Shown one piece after another: positions 9,573-18,241 of a stretch of 64,000 nt of DNA. Position 1 is the first letter of the stretch, and every line of letters begins with the position of its first letter. The position numbers were made by a program, and so were the translations under genes. The notes under the pieces are model-generated. The model saw only the letters and a program-made list of their open reading frames with translations, did no database searches and was not told where the DNA came from. The stretch is from Deferrisomatales bacterium (lineage in GTDB: Bacteria; Desulfobacterota; Deferrisomatia; Deferrisomatales; JACRMM01). Location: NCBI GenBank assembly GCA_033551855.1, contig JAWSUI010000007.1:33553-97552 (forward strand), given 5' to 3'.

Positions 9573-10178
9573 TCACATCACACGAAACACCGGCAAATGC
9601 AGGCCCCGGCGGATCGCGAGCACCCGAAGCGCCACCACGGTCAGGAACCCAGCCCCGAACGCGACAGGGTCTTGCAACCCCGCGACCTGCAACGCCAGGC
9701 ACAGGACGATCCCAGCGATCGCCGCCGTAGCGTAGATCTCCTTCTGGAGGACGAGCGGCACCCGCGCCGTGATGACGTCTCGCAAGATGCCGCCGGTTAC
9801 GCCGGTCATGGTGCCCATGATCACCACGATGAGGGGGGAGTGCTGGGCCGACAACGCCAACTTGGCGCCGGACATCGCGAAGAGCGCCAATCCCAGCGCA
9901 TCGGCCACCAAGAACGAGATCCCCGGCAGTGGCCGGCAGCGCAGATAGGCGACCGTTGCCGCCGTGGACGCGAGGATGACCGTCAGGTACCAGGTGTCGA
10001 TGACCCAGAAGATGGGATGCCGGTTCAGCAGGAGGTCCCGGAGCGTCCCGCCTCCGATCGCCGTCAGCACGGCGACGATGGCGATTCCGAACAGATCCAG
10101 ATTCCGATCACGGGCAGCCATCACGCCGCTGGCGGCGAATACCGCCACGCCGGCAAGATCCAGATAGTACAAAGGCAC
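9573..10178 (-). CDS. Trimeric intracellular cation channel / UPF0126 (YadS-like) membrane protein
   Basis: Duplicated motifs TAIGGGTLRDLLL and TGVTGGILRDVI; GTG start with GAGGAG RBS. Confidence 0.88.
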   Translation of the reverse strand: MPLYYLDLAGVAVFAASGVMAARDRNLDLFGIAIVAVLTAIGGGTLRDLLLNRHPIFWVIDTWYLTVILASTAATVAYLRCRPLPGISFLVADALGLALFAMSGAKLALSAQHSPLIVVIMGTMTGVTGGILRDVITARVPLVLQKEIYATAAIAGIVLCLALQVAGLQDPVAFGAGFLTVVALRVLAIRRGLHLPVFRVM

Positions 10179-10385
10179 GTGCGCTCCTCGCGTCACACGG
10201 AAGAACGGGCCGCCTCCGGCCCACGGGCCGGCCTGCACACCCGGGTTCGCGTTTCCCTTCGAGCTATGGCTCGGAAGGCGTGCCTTCCCGCACCACCTTG
10301 GCCGCGCGGATCGCTTCGAAAACCTGAAAGACAAGCCTGTGCCGGATGACGATGGACTCTCACCGCGCCCCGAGGCGGCGCCGCC

Positions 10386-11990
10386 CTACAGCGCCGTCTC
10401 CCGGAACGGGACCTTCGGGTGCTTCTCGGCCAGCCAGTTCATCGACCACTGGCTCTTGAAGAGCACCACGGGCCGGCCCGCCTTGTCCTCGCACCACATC
10501 GTGCTCGCGTCCCGGTCCACGGCCCGGGGGTCGAGGCCGGGGCCCTCGGCGGGGGCCTCCACCCAGCGGGCGAGCTCGAAGGGCATCCGCTCGAGCTGCA
10601 CGGTGACGCCGTACTCCCCCTCGAGGCGGTACTTCAGGACCTCGAACTGGAGCACCCCGACCGCCCCCACCACCGGGTCCTTGTCCCCGTATGGCTGGCG
10701 GAAGACCTGGATCGCCCCCTCCTCGCTGAGCTGCTCCAAACCCTTCTGAAGCTGCTTCTGCTTGAGCGCGTTCTTGATCCGCACCCGGGAGAAGTGCTCC
10801 GGGGAGAAGTGCGGCACCCCCTCGAAGCGCAGGTCCCGCCCCTCGGCCAGGGTGTCGCCGATGTGGAGGTTCCCGCGGTCGTGGAGGCCCACGACGTCCC
10901 CCGGGAAGGCCTCCTCCACGAGCACCCGCTCCTGGGCCAGGAACTGGAGCGGCAGGGCCAGGGTGAGCTCCCGGCCGAGACGGCTGTGACGGGCCTTCAT
11001 CCCCTTGCGGAAGTGCCCGGAGCACACCCGCACGAAGGCCACCCGGTCCCGGTGCTGCGGGTCCATGTTGGCCTGGATCTTGAACACGAAACCGGAGAAC
11101 CGGGGATCGTCCGGAACCACCTCCCCCTGGTCGGAGAGCCGGGGCCCCGGCGGGGGCGCCATCCCCAGGAACTCCTGGAGGAAGGGCTCCACTCCGAAGT
11201 TGGTCATGGCGCTCCCGAAGAACACCGGGGTCAGCCGGCCGGCGGCGACCCGCGCCGGGTCAAGCTCCTCCCCGGCGCCCTCCAGCAGCTCCACCTCGCC
11301 CCGGAAGGCCGCGTAGTCCTCGGCGCTCATGACCTGGGCGATCGCCGGGTCGTCGGGGCCGGCGACCCGGGACGAGACCCGCTTCTGTCCGTGGGCCTCG
11401 GCGTCGAAGAGGCGCACCAGCCGCCCCCGCAGGTCGTAGACCCCCCGGAACCGCTTGCCCATGCCCAGGGGCCAGTTCACCGGGCAGGCGGAGATGCCGA
11501 GCACGTCTTCGATCTCGGTGAGGAGCTCCAGGGGGGGACGGCCCTCCCGGTCGAGCTTGTTCACGAAGGTGAAGATCGGGATGCCCCGCGCCGCACAGAC
11601 CTTGAACAGCTTGATGGTCTGGACCTCGACCCCCTTGGCGCAGTCCATGAGCATCACGGCCGAGTCGGCCGCGGTCAGGGTCCGGTAGGTATCCTCGGAA
11701 AAGTCCTGGTGCCCCGGGGTGTCGAGAATGTTGATCCGGGCCCCGCCGTACTCGAACTGGAGCACGCTCGAGGTCACGGAGATGCCCCGCTGTTTCTCGA
11801 TTTCCATCCAGTCGGACGTGGCGTGCCGGGCGGCGCGCCGGGCCTTGACCGCCCCGGCCAAGTGGATCGCCCCGCCGTACAGGAGGAGCTTCTCGGTCAG
11901 GGTGGTCTTGCCCGCGTCCGGGTGGGAGATGATGGCGAAAGTGCGGCGCCGGCGGGTCTCTTCCCGCAGCCGGCTCGGGGACAGGTCCAT
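10386..11990 (-). CDS. prfC: Peptide chain release factor 3
   Basis: RRRTFAIISHPDAGKTTLTEKLLL, DTPGHQDFSEDTYR, NKLD motifs. Confidence 0.97.
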   Translation of the reverse strand: MDLSPSRLREETRRRRTFAIISHPDAGKTTLTEKLLLYGGAIHLAGAVKARRAARHATSDWMEIEKQRGISVTSSVLQFEYGGARINILDTPGHQDFSEDTYRTLTAADSAVMLMDCAKGVEVQTIKLFKVCAARGIPIFTFVNKLDREGRPPLELLTEIEDVLGISACPVNWPLGMGKRFRGVYDLRGRLVRLFDAEAHGQKRVSSRVAGPDDPAIAQVMSAEDYAAFRGEVELLEGAGEELDPARVAAGRLTPVFFGSAMTNFGVEPFLQEFLGMAPPPGPRLSDQGEVVPDDPRFSGFVFKIQANMDPQHRDRVAFVRVCSGHFRKGMKARHSRLGRELTLALPLQFLAQERVLVEEAFPGDVVGLHDRGNLHIGDTLAEGRDLRFEGVPHFSPEHFSRVRIKNALKQKQLQKGLEQLSEEGAIQVFRQPYGDKDPVVGAVGVLQFEVLKYRLEGEYGVTVQLERMPFELARWVEAPAEGPGLDPRAVDRDASTMWCEDKAGRPVVLFKSQWSMNWLAEKHPKVPFRETAL

Positions 11991-12114
11991 GGGTGGTCGG
12001 CCCTCCGGAACAAGGGCCCTATAGGCTACGGAACCCGCGGCGGTACGTCCAGACCTTTGTGCGCGGCTGGCTTCCCACGGCCGGGTGGCGAGCGGGGTCC
12101 GGGAGGGCGAGGGC

Positions 12115-13182
12115 TCAGGCGGGTTTCACCGCGTCCCGGGTGGTCTCCTTGACGCGGTACATGGCCTGGTCGGCGTGGCGGATCAAGGCCAGCTTGGTCT
12201 GGGCGTCCTCGGGGTACGAGGCGACGCCGAAGCTCGCGGTAACCCGGATCCGGTACCCCTGCTCCGAGAGGAAGTAGTGCTCCCTGACCTTCTGGCGCAG
12301 GTTGGAAGCGACCGTGACTGCGCCCTTCTTGTCCGTGTTGGGCAGTACGAGCACGAACTCGTCGCCCCCGTACCGCGCGGCCACGTCGGAGGAGCGCACG
12401 CACCCGCGGATCAGCCGGCCCATCTCCGTGAGCACGCGGCTGCCCACCAGGTGCCCGTGGGTGTCGTTCACGCCCTTGAAGTAGTCCACATCGAAGAACA
12501 CCAGGGACAGGGGCGTCCCGTACCGGTGGGCGCGATCGACCTCGTGGTCCAGGTACTCCAGAAGGTGCCGAGCGTTGTACAAGCCCGTGAGGTCGTCGGT
12601 GATCACGAGCTCGCGCACCCTCTCGAAGTAGCGCGCGTTCTCTATGGCGATGGCGGCGAAGTCGGCGATGGTCGAGAGAATCTTGAGGTCGGCCTCGGAG
12701 AACTCTCCCTCGTCCATGTTGTTGATCAGCTCCACCACCCCCAGGATCCGGTTCCTGCACCGGAGGGGCACGCACACGATGGAACGGGTGGAGAAATCGC
12801 TCGCCTCGTCCACCGCCGGGGCAAAGCGGGTGTCTCCCCGCACGTCCGGAATCAGGAGGGACTCCCCGTGCAGGGCCACCCAGCCGGCGATGCCCTCCCC
12901 CTTATTCAAGCGGAGCCCCTTGAGCCGCTCTGCGGCGGGGGACACCGCAATCTCGAAGACGAGGTCTCCGCTAGCCTCGTCCAGAAGCAAGAGGGACCAG
13001 TTCTTCGGGCGGAGCAGCAGGCTCACCTTCTCCATGATGGCGCCCAGGACCTCCCGCAGGTCCAGGGTGGAGGTGAGCGCCTTGCCGATATCGACGAAGG
13101 TCTCGAGCTCTTCGCTACGCCGCTCCAGCAGGGCGAGGAGCTCCTGCTCCTCGCAGGCGCTGCGGCTGGCCTTTGTGCCCAT
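12115..13182 (-). CDS. GAF-GGDEF dinucleotide cyclase, Hypr-type candidate
   Basis: GAF domain, TDDLTGLYN, RYGGDEF and RSSD I-site; GHLVGSRVL where canonical enzymes have GHxxGDxxL. Confidence 0.9.
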   Translation of the reverse strand: MGTKASRSACEEQELLALLERRSEELETFVDIGKALTSTLDLREVLGAIMEKVSLLLRPKNWSLLLLDEASGDLVFEIAVSPAAERLKGLRLNKGEGIAGWVALHGESLLIPDVRGDTRFAPAVDEASDFSTRSIVCVPLRCRNRILGVVELINNMDEGEFSEADLKILSTIADFAAIAIENARYFERVRELVITDDLTGLYNARHLLEYLDHEVDRAHRYGTPLSLVFFDVDYFKGVNDTHGHLVGSRVLTEMGRLIRGCVRSSDVAARYGGDEFVLVLPNTDKKGAVTVASNLRQKVREHYFLSEQGYRIRVTASFGVASYPEDAQTKLALIRHADQAMYRVKETTRDAVKPA

Positions 13183-13339
13183 CGTTGTTCTCGCTGCCTC
13201 CGGGCCCGTAAGGCCCACGACGTGCCCCGGGGGAAGCCCCGGGATCACCCCCCGCCGCACCAAGGAACGGGCGGCGGCGCCGGAGGAATCCTGGCTCCTC
13301 GCGACCGCCCCGCCGGGAGATCCGAGGGAATCCACTGCC

Positions 13340-13368
13340 TTGCACGCGCATATCTCTTCGGATAGTAT
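13340..13368 (+). promoter_or_regulatory. Putative sigma70 promoter for the zinc-ribbon/ABC operon
   Basis: TTGCAC-N17-TAGTAT in an AT-rich divergent intergenic region. Confidence 0.55.
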
Positions 13369-13414
13369 GCCAAAAATATTGAGAATCTGGCACAAAAAGG
13401 TCTCCGAGGACGCC

Positions 13415-14548
13415 ATGCGGATCTCGTGCCCCCGTTGCAAGAGCCAGTACGACGTTCCGGACGAGCGGCTCGCCCGGGGTGCGGTCAAGATCCGTTGCGC
13501 TGCGTGTCAGCACGCCTTCGCCGTTCGCGCGCGCCCCGCTGACACCCCGCAGACGCCGCCGGGCCCTGCTCCGCTCCGCGAAGGGCGGGCAGCCGGGGAA
13601 ATGCCCTCGACCCCGCCTCCGGAGGCCCGCTTCGAGGACGTTGACCTGGACTTGGCCGCGGAACGGCTGCTCCGGGTAACCGAGCAGCCCGGCCCCCAGG
13701 GCGGGTCTGACGAGGGGTCCTGGGGAGCGGGGGAGGGACCGAGCGACACCCTCGAGTCCCTGGGGGATCTCGACCTGGGAGACCTGGGCGCCCTGGATCG
13801 GGACTTCGACCTTCGCGGGGAACCCCTCGCCCCCGGCTCCATCCCGCAAGAGCCGGCGGAGCGGGTGCGGGAAGACGAGCTCCTGTCGCCGCGAACCCGG
13901 ACTACGCCCTCGCTGGAGGGCGCTGTCGCGCCCCGGCGGGTCGACCTCCAGCCGGGATCCCGTCACACCAAGCAGCGCGCCCGGCCCTCGCCTCTCGCCG
14001 CCAAGGACCGGGGGCGGTCGCCCCTCTTCTGGGCCGTGGCGGCGGCGGCCCTCGCCACCCTGGCGTACACGGGATACAACCTGCAACGCCACCCCGACGC
14101 CTTCACTTTCCTGAGCCCGGCCAAGGTCCGCAGCCTCTGGCAGAGCCGGCAGATCGAAGCCGTTCTCGGCGTGGAGGGGCTCACCGGGTACTACCGCGAC
14201 CTGCAAGGAGACCGTCGGGCGTTCGTGATCCGGGGAGAGGTGATCAACCGCTCGTCCGGGAACCAGAGCCTCATCCGGGTCCAGGGAAGCCTGTTCGGCA
14301 AGGACGGCAGGCAACTGGCCGTCCAGGAGGTGTTCTGCGGCAACGTCGTCTCGGATGCCGAGCTCGACACCCTTTCGCCCTCCGACGTGGAGGCCCGACT
14401 CCAGAACGAGGTGGGCGACGCCATGCAGAACTTGGAGGTCGCCCCAGGGGGCCGCGTCCCCTTCACGGTGGTGTTCTTGCCACCCCCCGCGGGAGTGGAC
14501 TCCTTCAGCGTGCGCCCGGTGGGCGCGCGGGCCGAGCCCGGCACCTGA
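13415..14548 (+). CDS. Zinc-ribbon (MJ0042-like) membrane protein with DUF3426-like C-terminal domain
   Basis: MRISCPRC...VKIRCAACQHAF, acidic low-complexity linker, one TM helix, then FVIRGEVINRS...VPFTVVF. Confidence 0.8.
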   Translation: MRISCPRCKSQYDVPDERLARGAVKIRCAACQHAFAVRARPADTPQTPPGPAPLREGRAAGEMPSTPPPEARFEDVDLDLAAERLLRVTEQPGPQGGSDEGSWGAGEGPSDTLESLGDLDLGDLGALDRDFDLRGEPLAPGSIPQEPAERVREDELLSPRTRTTPSLEGAVAPRRVDLQPGSRHTKQRARPSPLAAKDRGRSPLFWAVAAAALATLAYTGYNLQRHPDAFTFLSPAKVRSLWQSRQIEAVLGVEGLTGYYRDLQGDRRAFVIRGEVINRSSGNQSLIRVQGSLFGKDGRQLAVQEVFCGNVVSDAELDTLSPSDVEARLQNEVGDAMQNLEVAPGGRVPFTVVFLPPPAGVDSFSVRPVGARAEPGT

Positions 14549-16302
14549 GCCCCGAGGGTTCCATCGGTCGCTTCGCCCCCCTCGCCCCCTACCTGCGGCC
14601 CCATCTTACCGCTTTCTTCCTGGGGTCCGGCAGCCTGACCCTCGGCAGCGCGTTCCAGCTCGCCGGGCCGTGGGTGCTGCGCGACGCCATCGACTCCCTG
14701 AGGGATCCGGCGGCCGCCGGCCTGCTGGCCCGCTACACCTTGGTCTTCGTCGCACTGGCTGTTGGCCAAGGGCTCTTCAAGTTCCTGTCTCGCCGCCTCT
14801 TTCTCGGGGGCGCCCGCCGGGTGGAGCACGATCTGCGCGGGTCGTACTTCGGACGCTTGATCCGGCTGCCGGCCGCTCGCCTCCAGCGGGGCCGGAGAGG
14901 GGACTTCGTCAGCCGCGCCACCCACGATCTGCAGGACATCCGGCTGTTCCTCGGTGCCGGCGCACTGAACTTCCTGCAGACCGTAATCCTCATCTCATCG
15001 GCTACGGTGCTCCTGTGGCGGATTCACCCTTTGCTTACATTCGTGGCCCTCCTTCCCTTCCCGGTGGTCTCTGTGCTGGTGCACCGGTATTCCCCCCGAC
15101 TCCACCGCCGCTACCTGAAGGCGAACGAGCAGCAAGGGGAGCTCTCGGCGATGGTGCAGGAAGCCTTGGCCGGGGTTCGCGTCGTCAGGGCCTACCACCG
15201 AGAGGCCTGGCAGCAGGACCGGTTTGAAGACGCCAACCGCGCCGTGCGGGAAACACAGGCCGCCGTGGTGCGGGCCTGGGCCCTGCTCTTTCCGATGGTG
15301 GGCATGGTGGCGGGGCTGGGGCACATCGCGGTGCTGGGTCTGGGCGGCGCGTGGCTCGCGCGGGGGTCCCTCACCCTGGGGGACTTCGTTGCGTTCAATG
15401 CCTATCTGGCCATGCTCACGTGGCCAATGGTAGCGCTGGGGTGGACCCTGAGCCTGGTCCAGCGGGGAGCGGCGGCCCTGGATCGCCTCCGGGAGGTCCT
15501 GCAGTGGCCCTTCGAAGCCAGGGGCAACCGGGTTCCCCTTCCCGATGAGGCCCCGCGCCTGACGGCCCACGGCGTGTCCTTCGCCTACGAGGAATCCCCC
15601 ACCCGGGTTCTCCGGGACGTGGACCTGGACCTCCCCGCGGGCTCCTTCCGCGGCCTGGTGGGGGCGACGGGCTCGGGGAAATCGACCCTGGTCGGCCTTC
15701 TCGCACGACTGCGGCAGCCGGACGCAGGATCCATCCTCCTGCACGACGTGCCCATGGGGCAGGTGGAGGAGCGGGCCTTGCGGGACCTCGTCGCGCTGGT
15801 GCCTCAGGAGGACTTCTTCTTCGCGGACTCCGTGGCCCACAACGTCTGCCTGGGCCGCCCCCGGGAAGCCGCGGGCCTGTCCTGGGCCCTGGAGACGGCA
15901 GGCCTCGCCGTGGAGGTCGCCGAGATGCCCCAGGGAGCGGACTCCCTGGTGGGGGAGGGTGGAATCACCCTCTCCGGAGGTCAGCGCCAGCGCCTGGCGA
16001 TCGCCCGCGCGCTTTACGGGCGCCCTCGGTTCCTTCTCCTCGACTCGGCCCTCTCCAGTCTCGACACCGGGACGTCCCGGCGGGTTCTCTCGAGCATACG
16101 TCGGGCCCTGCCGGAGGCGGCGTTGCTCGTCGTGTCCCATCGGGGCGCGGAGGTGGACGAGGCCGAAGAGGTGGCCTTCCTCAGCGGGGGGACCATCGTC
16201 GCCCGGGGACGCCACCGCGATCTCTTGGAAACCCACCCCGGATATCTGCGCTTGTATCGGGAGGAAGAGCTCCGCCGGGAGTTGGCGGAGGCACCCCCGT
16301 GA
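14545..16302 (+). CDS. ABC exporter, fused permease/ATPase, subunit 1 (degenerate Walker B)
   Basis: GATGSGKST, LSGGQRQR, LLLDSALS; frame open and TM-like upstream of GTG 14674, start placed at the CTG overlapping the upstream stop (uncertain). Confidence 0.85.
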   Translation: MSPEGSIGRFAPLAPYLRPHLTAFFLGSGSLTLGSAFQLAGPWVLRDAIDSLRDPAAAGLLARYTLVFVALAVGQGLFKFLSRRLFLGGARRVEHDLRGSYFGRLIRLPAARLQRGRRGDFVSRATHDLQDIRLFLGAGALNFLQTVILISSATVLLWRIHPLLTFVALLPFPVVSVLVHRYSPRLHRRYLKANEQQGELSAMVQEALAGVRVVRAYHREAWQQDRFEDANRAVRETQAAVVRAWALLFPMVGMVAGLGHIAVLGLGGAWLARGSLTLGDFVAFNAYLAMLTWPMVALGWTLSLVQRGAAALDRLREVLQWPFEARGNRVPLPDEAPRLTAHGVSFAYEESPTRVLRDVDLDLPAGSFRGLVGATGSGKSTLVGLLARLRQPDAGSILLHDVPMGQVEERALRDLVALVPQEDFFFADSVAHNVCLGRPREAAGLSWALETAGLAVEVAEMPQGADSLVGEGGITLSGGQRQRLAIARALYGRPRFLLLDSALSSLDTGTSRRVLSSIRRALPEAALLVVSHRGAEVDEAEEVAFLSGGTIVARGRHRDLLETHPGYLRLYREEELRRELAEAPP

Positions 16303-18092
16303 GCCGCGGCGGATGGGCCCACGACGGAGGGGGGCAGCCGTTGGACTGGCGCCTGCTGCGGCGGCTGTGGCCCTTCGTGAGGCCCCACGGCGTGGCGTTT
16401 GCGCTGGGCATCGGCGTGATGGGACTTGCCTCGGTGGCCAAGCTCGCGGGTCCCTACCTGCTCAAGCTCGCCATCGACGGACCCATCGCCCGAGGCAACC
16501 CGCGGGGGGTCATACCCTATGCCGTCCTGTTCTTGGCGGCCCAACTCCTCGAGGGGGTGCTGGAGGCGGCCCAGGCGATGCTGGTCCGGATCCGGGGGGA
16601 GGACGTGCTGCGCTCCCTGCGCTCCGCCCTTTTCGCCAAGGCCCAGAGGCTTCCGGCGGCCTACCTGGACGCCACGCCCAGCGGCCGCATCCTGTCGCGC
16701 ATCACGGCGGACGTGGCGGTGCTCTCCGATCTGTTCAGCTCGGGGGTGGCGGCCCTGGTGGGCGACATCCTCCTCCTGGTTGGCATCCTCGCGGCCATGG
16801 CCCACCTCGACCCCTATCTGGCGCTGCTGGCCTACGGCAGCCTCCCCGTGCTGCTGGTATCCTCGGAAGTCTTTCGCCGCCGCCTGCGTTCCGTGTACCG
16901 GGCCACTCGCGAGAAGACCGCCCGCCTCACCGGCAGGCTCCAGGAGCTCTTGCGGGGGGTGAACGTCCTCCGGATCTTTGCCGCCGAGCGCTGGGCCGAC
17001 GCCGAGCTCGGAAAGGCCAACGCCGAGCACCGGGATGCCTTTCTCCGGTCGGTCACCCTCTACGCCCTCTTCTTCCCGCTGGTGGAGCTCGTCTCCGCCC
17101 TGACCGTTGCCCTCCTCCTGTGGCAGGGGGGGGGCGCCGTGGTGCGCGAGGCGGTGACCTTCGGGGTGCTGGTGGCCTTCCTCGAGTACCTCCAGAAGTT
17201 CTTTCGGCCCGTTCGGGATCTCAGCGAGAAATACAACGTGCTCCAGGCTTCTATGGCGGCCGCGGAGCGCATCACCGATTTCCTGGACCTTCCGGAGGAG
17301 CCCGCGGGGGGAAAGGCGCGGATTCCCCTGGCGGGCTCGCTGGAGCTCGACCGGGTGGGGTTCGCCTACGACGGCGGCCCACCTGTGCTCCGGGAGGTGT
17401 CCTTCTCCCTGGCTCCCGGGGAGGTGGTCGCCCTGGTGGGCCCCACCGGGTCGGGCAAGTCCACCCTCGTGAGCCTCTTGCTGGGATTTCGCCGCCCGTG
17501 CTCGGGGACCGTTCGGATGGACGGCCGGGAGCTGGGAGAGTTGGACCCGGGGGCCCTGCGCGAGCAGATGGCCCTGGTGCCCCAGGAGGTCTTCCTCTTC
17601 CAGGGGAGCGTGCTGGACAACATCACCCTGGGCCGGCCGGGCATCGGCCGTGACGCGGCGGAGGCCGCCGCCCGGGCCGTGGGCCTCCACGACGCCGTGG
17701 CCTCCCTCCCCCAGGGCTACGACACCCAGGTGCTGGAGGAAGGAGCCCTCCTGAGCGCGGGCCAGAGGCAGCTCGTCGCCTTCGCCCGCGCCCTGGCCGG
17801 CAACCCTCGCCTGCTGATCCTGGACGAGGCAACATCGGAGATCGACCAGGCCACCGAGGCGGCGATCGAGTCGGCCTTGGTGACCTTGCTCCGGGGCCGG
17901 ACCAGCCTGGTGGTGGCCCACCGCCTGGCCACCGTCCGCCGCGCCGACCGAGTGGTCGTCCTGGCCCGAGGGCAGGTGGCCGAGCAGGGCACCCACCGGG
18001 AGCTCCTCAGCCGCCCCGGTCTGTACCGCACCCTGTACGAGCTGCAGTTCCGCCGCACGGAGTCCGGAGAGCCTGTCGGGAACTCGCCGTGA
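16299..18092 (+). CDS. ABC exporter, fused permease/ATPase, subunit 2
   Basis: GPTGSGKST, LSAGQRQ, LILDEATS, VAHRL; GTGA overlap with subunit 1. Confidence 0.92.
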   Translation: MSRGGWAHDGGGQPLDWRLLRRLWPFVRPHGVAFALGIGVMGLASVAKLAGPYLLKLAIDGPIARGNPRGVIPYAVLFLAAQLLEGVLEAAQAMLVRIRGEDVLRSLRSALFAKAQRLPAAYLDATPSGRILSRITADVAVLSDLFSSGVAALVGDILLLVGILAAMAHLDPYLALLAYGSLPVLLVSSEVFRRRLRSVYRATREKTARLTGRLQELLRGVNVLRIFAAERWADAELGKANAEHRDAFLRSVTLYALFFPLVELVSALTVALLLWQGGGAVVREAVTFGVLVAFLEYLQKFFRPVRDLSEKYNVLQASMAAAERITDFLDLPEEPAGGKARIPLAGSLELDRVGFAYDGGPPVLREVSFSLAPGEVVALVGPTGSGKSTLVSLLLGFRRPCSGTVRMDGRELGELDPGALREQMALVPQEVFLFQGSVLDNITLGRPGIGRDAAEAAARAVGLHDAVASLPQGYDTQVLEEGALLSAGQRQLVAFARALAGNPRLLILDEATSEIDQATEAAIESALVTLLRGRTSLVVAHRLATVRRADRVVVLARGQVAEQGTHRELLSRPGLYRTLYELQFRRTESGEPVGNSP

Positions 18093-18104
18093 GAGGGCCG
18101 AAGT

Positions 18105-18200
18105 GCACGGCGCGCCCGGGCAAACGACGAGACACGACCCAGCAGATCGGCGAGTGAGCGCGCGCCCAACGCCGCAGCCGAGCGCGCGACAGAGTGGTTC
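18105..18200. repeat. Degenerate intergenic repeat, family C, copy 1
   Basis: Colinear blocks GCACGGCGCG, AACGAC, GCAGAT, GGCGA, GTGAGCG and CGCGC shared with 51745-51843. Confidence 0.6.
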
Positions 18201-18241
18201 AAAGCTTTGAGACCGCGACAGCCACCCGCGAGGACCGCACC

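Noticed and set aside
6675..10349. 1224-aa plus-strand ORF and many similar long Arg/Pro/Gly-rich ORFs
   Set aside because: Off-frame or antisense shadows of real genes in high-GC DNA; no recognisable motifs
10180..10385. Possible glycine riboswitch upstream of the UPF0126 gene (GAGAG and CTTTCAGG on the minus strand)
   Set aside because: The conserved CCGAAG core and helix layout could not be assembled; an Rfam scan would settle it
13387..13403. sigma54 promoter at TGGCAC
   Set aside because: No TTGC at the -12 position
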